From: Candidatus Latescibacterota bacterium
GTDB lineage: Bacteria > Latescibacterota > UBA2968 > SICM01
Assembly (NCBI GenBank): GCA_965217865.1
Contig: CBDCJO010000002.1
Location: 2,496,001 to 2,560,000, forward strand
Reading direction: 5' to 3'
Length of the DNA: 64,000 nucleotides
Below the pieces are notes generated by a model. It was not told the DNA's origin. It made no database searches and saw only the letters and a list, made by a program, of their open reading frames with translations. The translations under genes were made by a program, and so were the position numbers. Each line of letters opens with the position of its first letter. Positions within the stretch are counted from its first letter, which is position 1. This document shows, one piece after another, positions 63,380-64,000 of this stretch.

Positions 63380-64000
63380 TCAAACCTGAAAAAGAACCCC
63401 GAATCAGAAAAGTCCGCAAAGGGGAAACTGAAACTTTGATTCCCTTCCCCACCGTTGTGACCTCCGGGGCCGGTTCCCCATCTAAAAAATAAGGATAGGT
63501 GTCGAAAAGGACTTCCATATTCCCCCGGACGCCCCACCTTACCCTGAAGGTGATTCAACTCGCAGGTCACCCGCCTGGTATGACGGGGATCCAGATTGTG
63601 AACGACCAGAAGCCAGGAATCTGAGGTATACCGGGTGTAAGCCAGGACTTGGTCGTCGGGATCTCCGCCGTCGAATTCATTTCGATGAAAATAGATCCGT
63701 CCTTCCCGGATCTCCGAAAGTCCCGGTTTGATACGGTGCCAGGTCTCGTAAGCCGCCGCCAAACAGAGGCGGGGTGTTCCCCTCGAAAGATCCATTTGAT
63801 AGAGCGTCGGATTTTCAAAATCCGTGGCCTTCTCCTCCCCCCACGTCGTCCCCAATTCCAGGGCATACGAGAGATTTACGTGGATAGCGGACCCTGCCGA
63901 GGCATCGATCAGGGAGGCCTGGATATTCTTGAGCAGCGCCATAACCAGCGCCGGATCCGCCCGACCTGTCCTTTCCCGCCACGCGCGTTTCAACTCGGTT
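63380..64000 (-). CDS. GH13/GlgE-like protein C-terminus (partial at the window edge; the 3' end looks frameshifted)
   Basis: DQVLAYTRY..LLVVHNLDP beta-sandwich tail. Confidence 0.5.

Overview
Bacterial chromosomal DNA from a GC-rich diderm organism (RND/TolC, porin, selenoprotein SelD). The gene mix is reminiscent of Latescibacterota or other FCB relatives, but that is an unverified inference. (1) 1-34.4 kb: a two-permease RND efflux plus TolC locus whose second permease is split by a ~24.8 kb insertion (5167-29995). The insertion is a mosaic of short gene fragments (serine and tyrosine recombinase tails, HsdM, DUF3631, MsrA, sacsin-like, TM0106, DUF4919, ApbE, RecD2), several IS families and a few intact cargo genes. 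It begins with a 923-bp copy of downstream host DNA followed by a 43-bp inverted patch. (2) 34.4-47.3 kb: a surface-polysaccharide cluster interrupted by an IS110/IS1111 element with a structured ~500-nt non-coding end (bridge/seekRNA candidate). This is followed by a regulatory-site-rich intergenic region and a 1383-aa secreted protein made of seven ~199-aa tandem repeats. (3) 47.4-64 kb: housekeeping genes (folC, fhs, orphan fliG, sulfatase-like, purE, purD, Sec-containing selD, def, SDR). All product calls come from recognising motifs by eye; no database searches were run. Some junctions and frameshifts could be assembly or sequencing artefacts.
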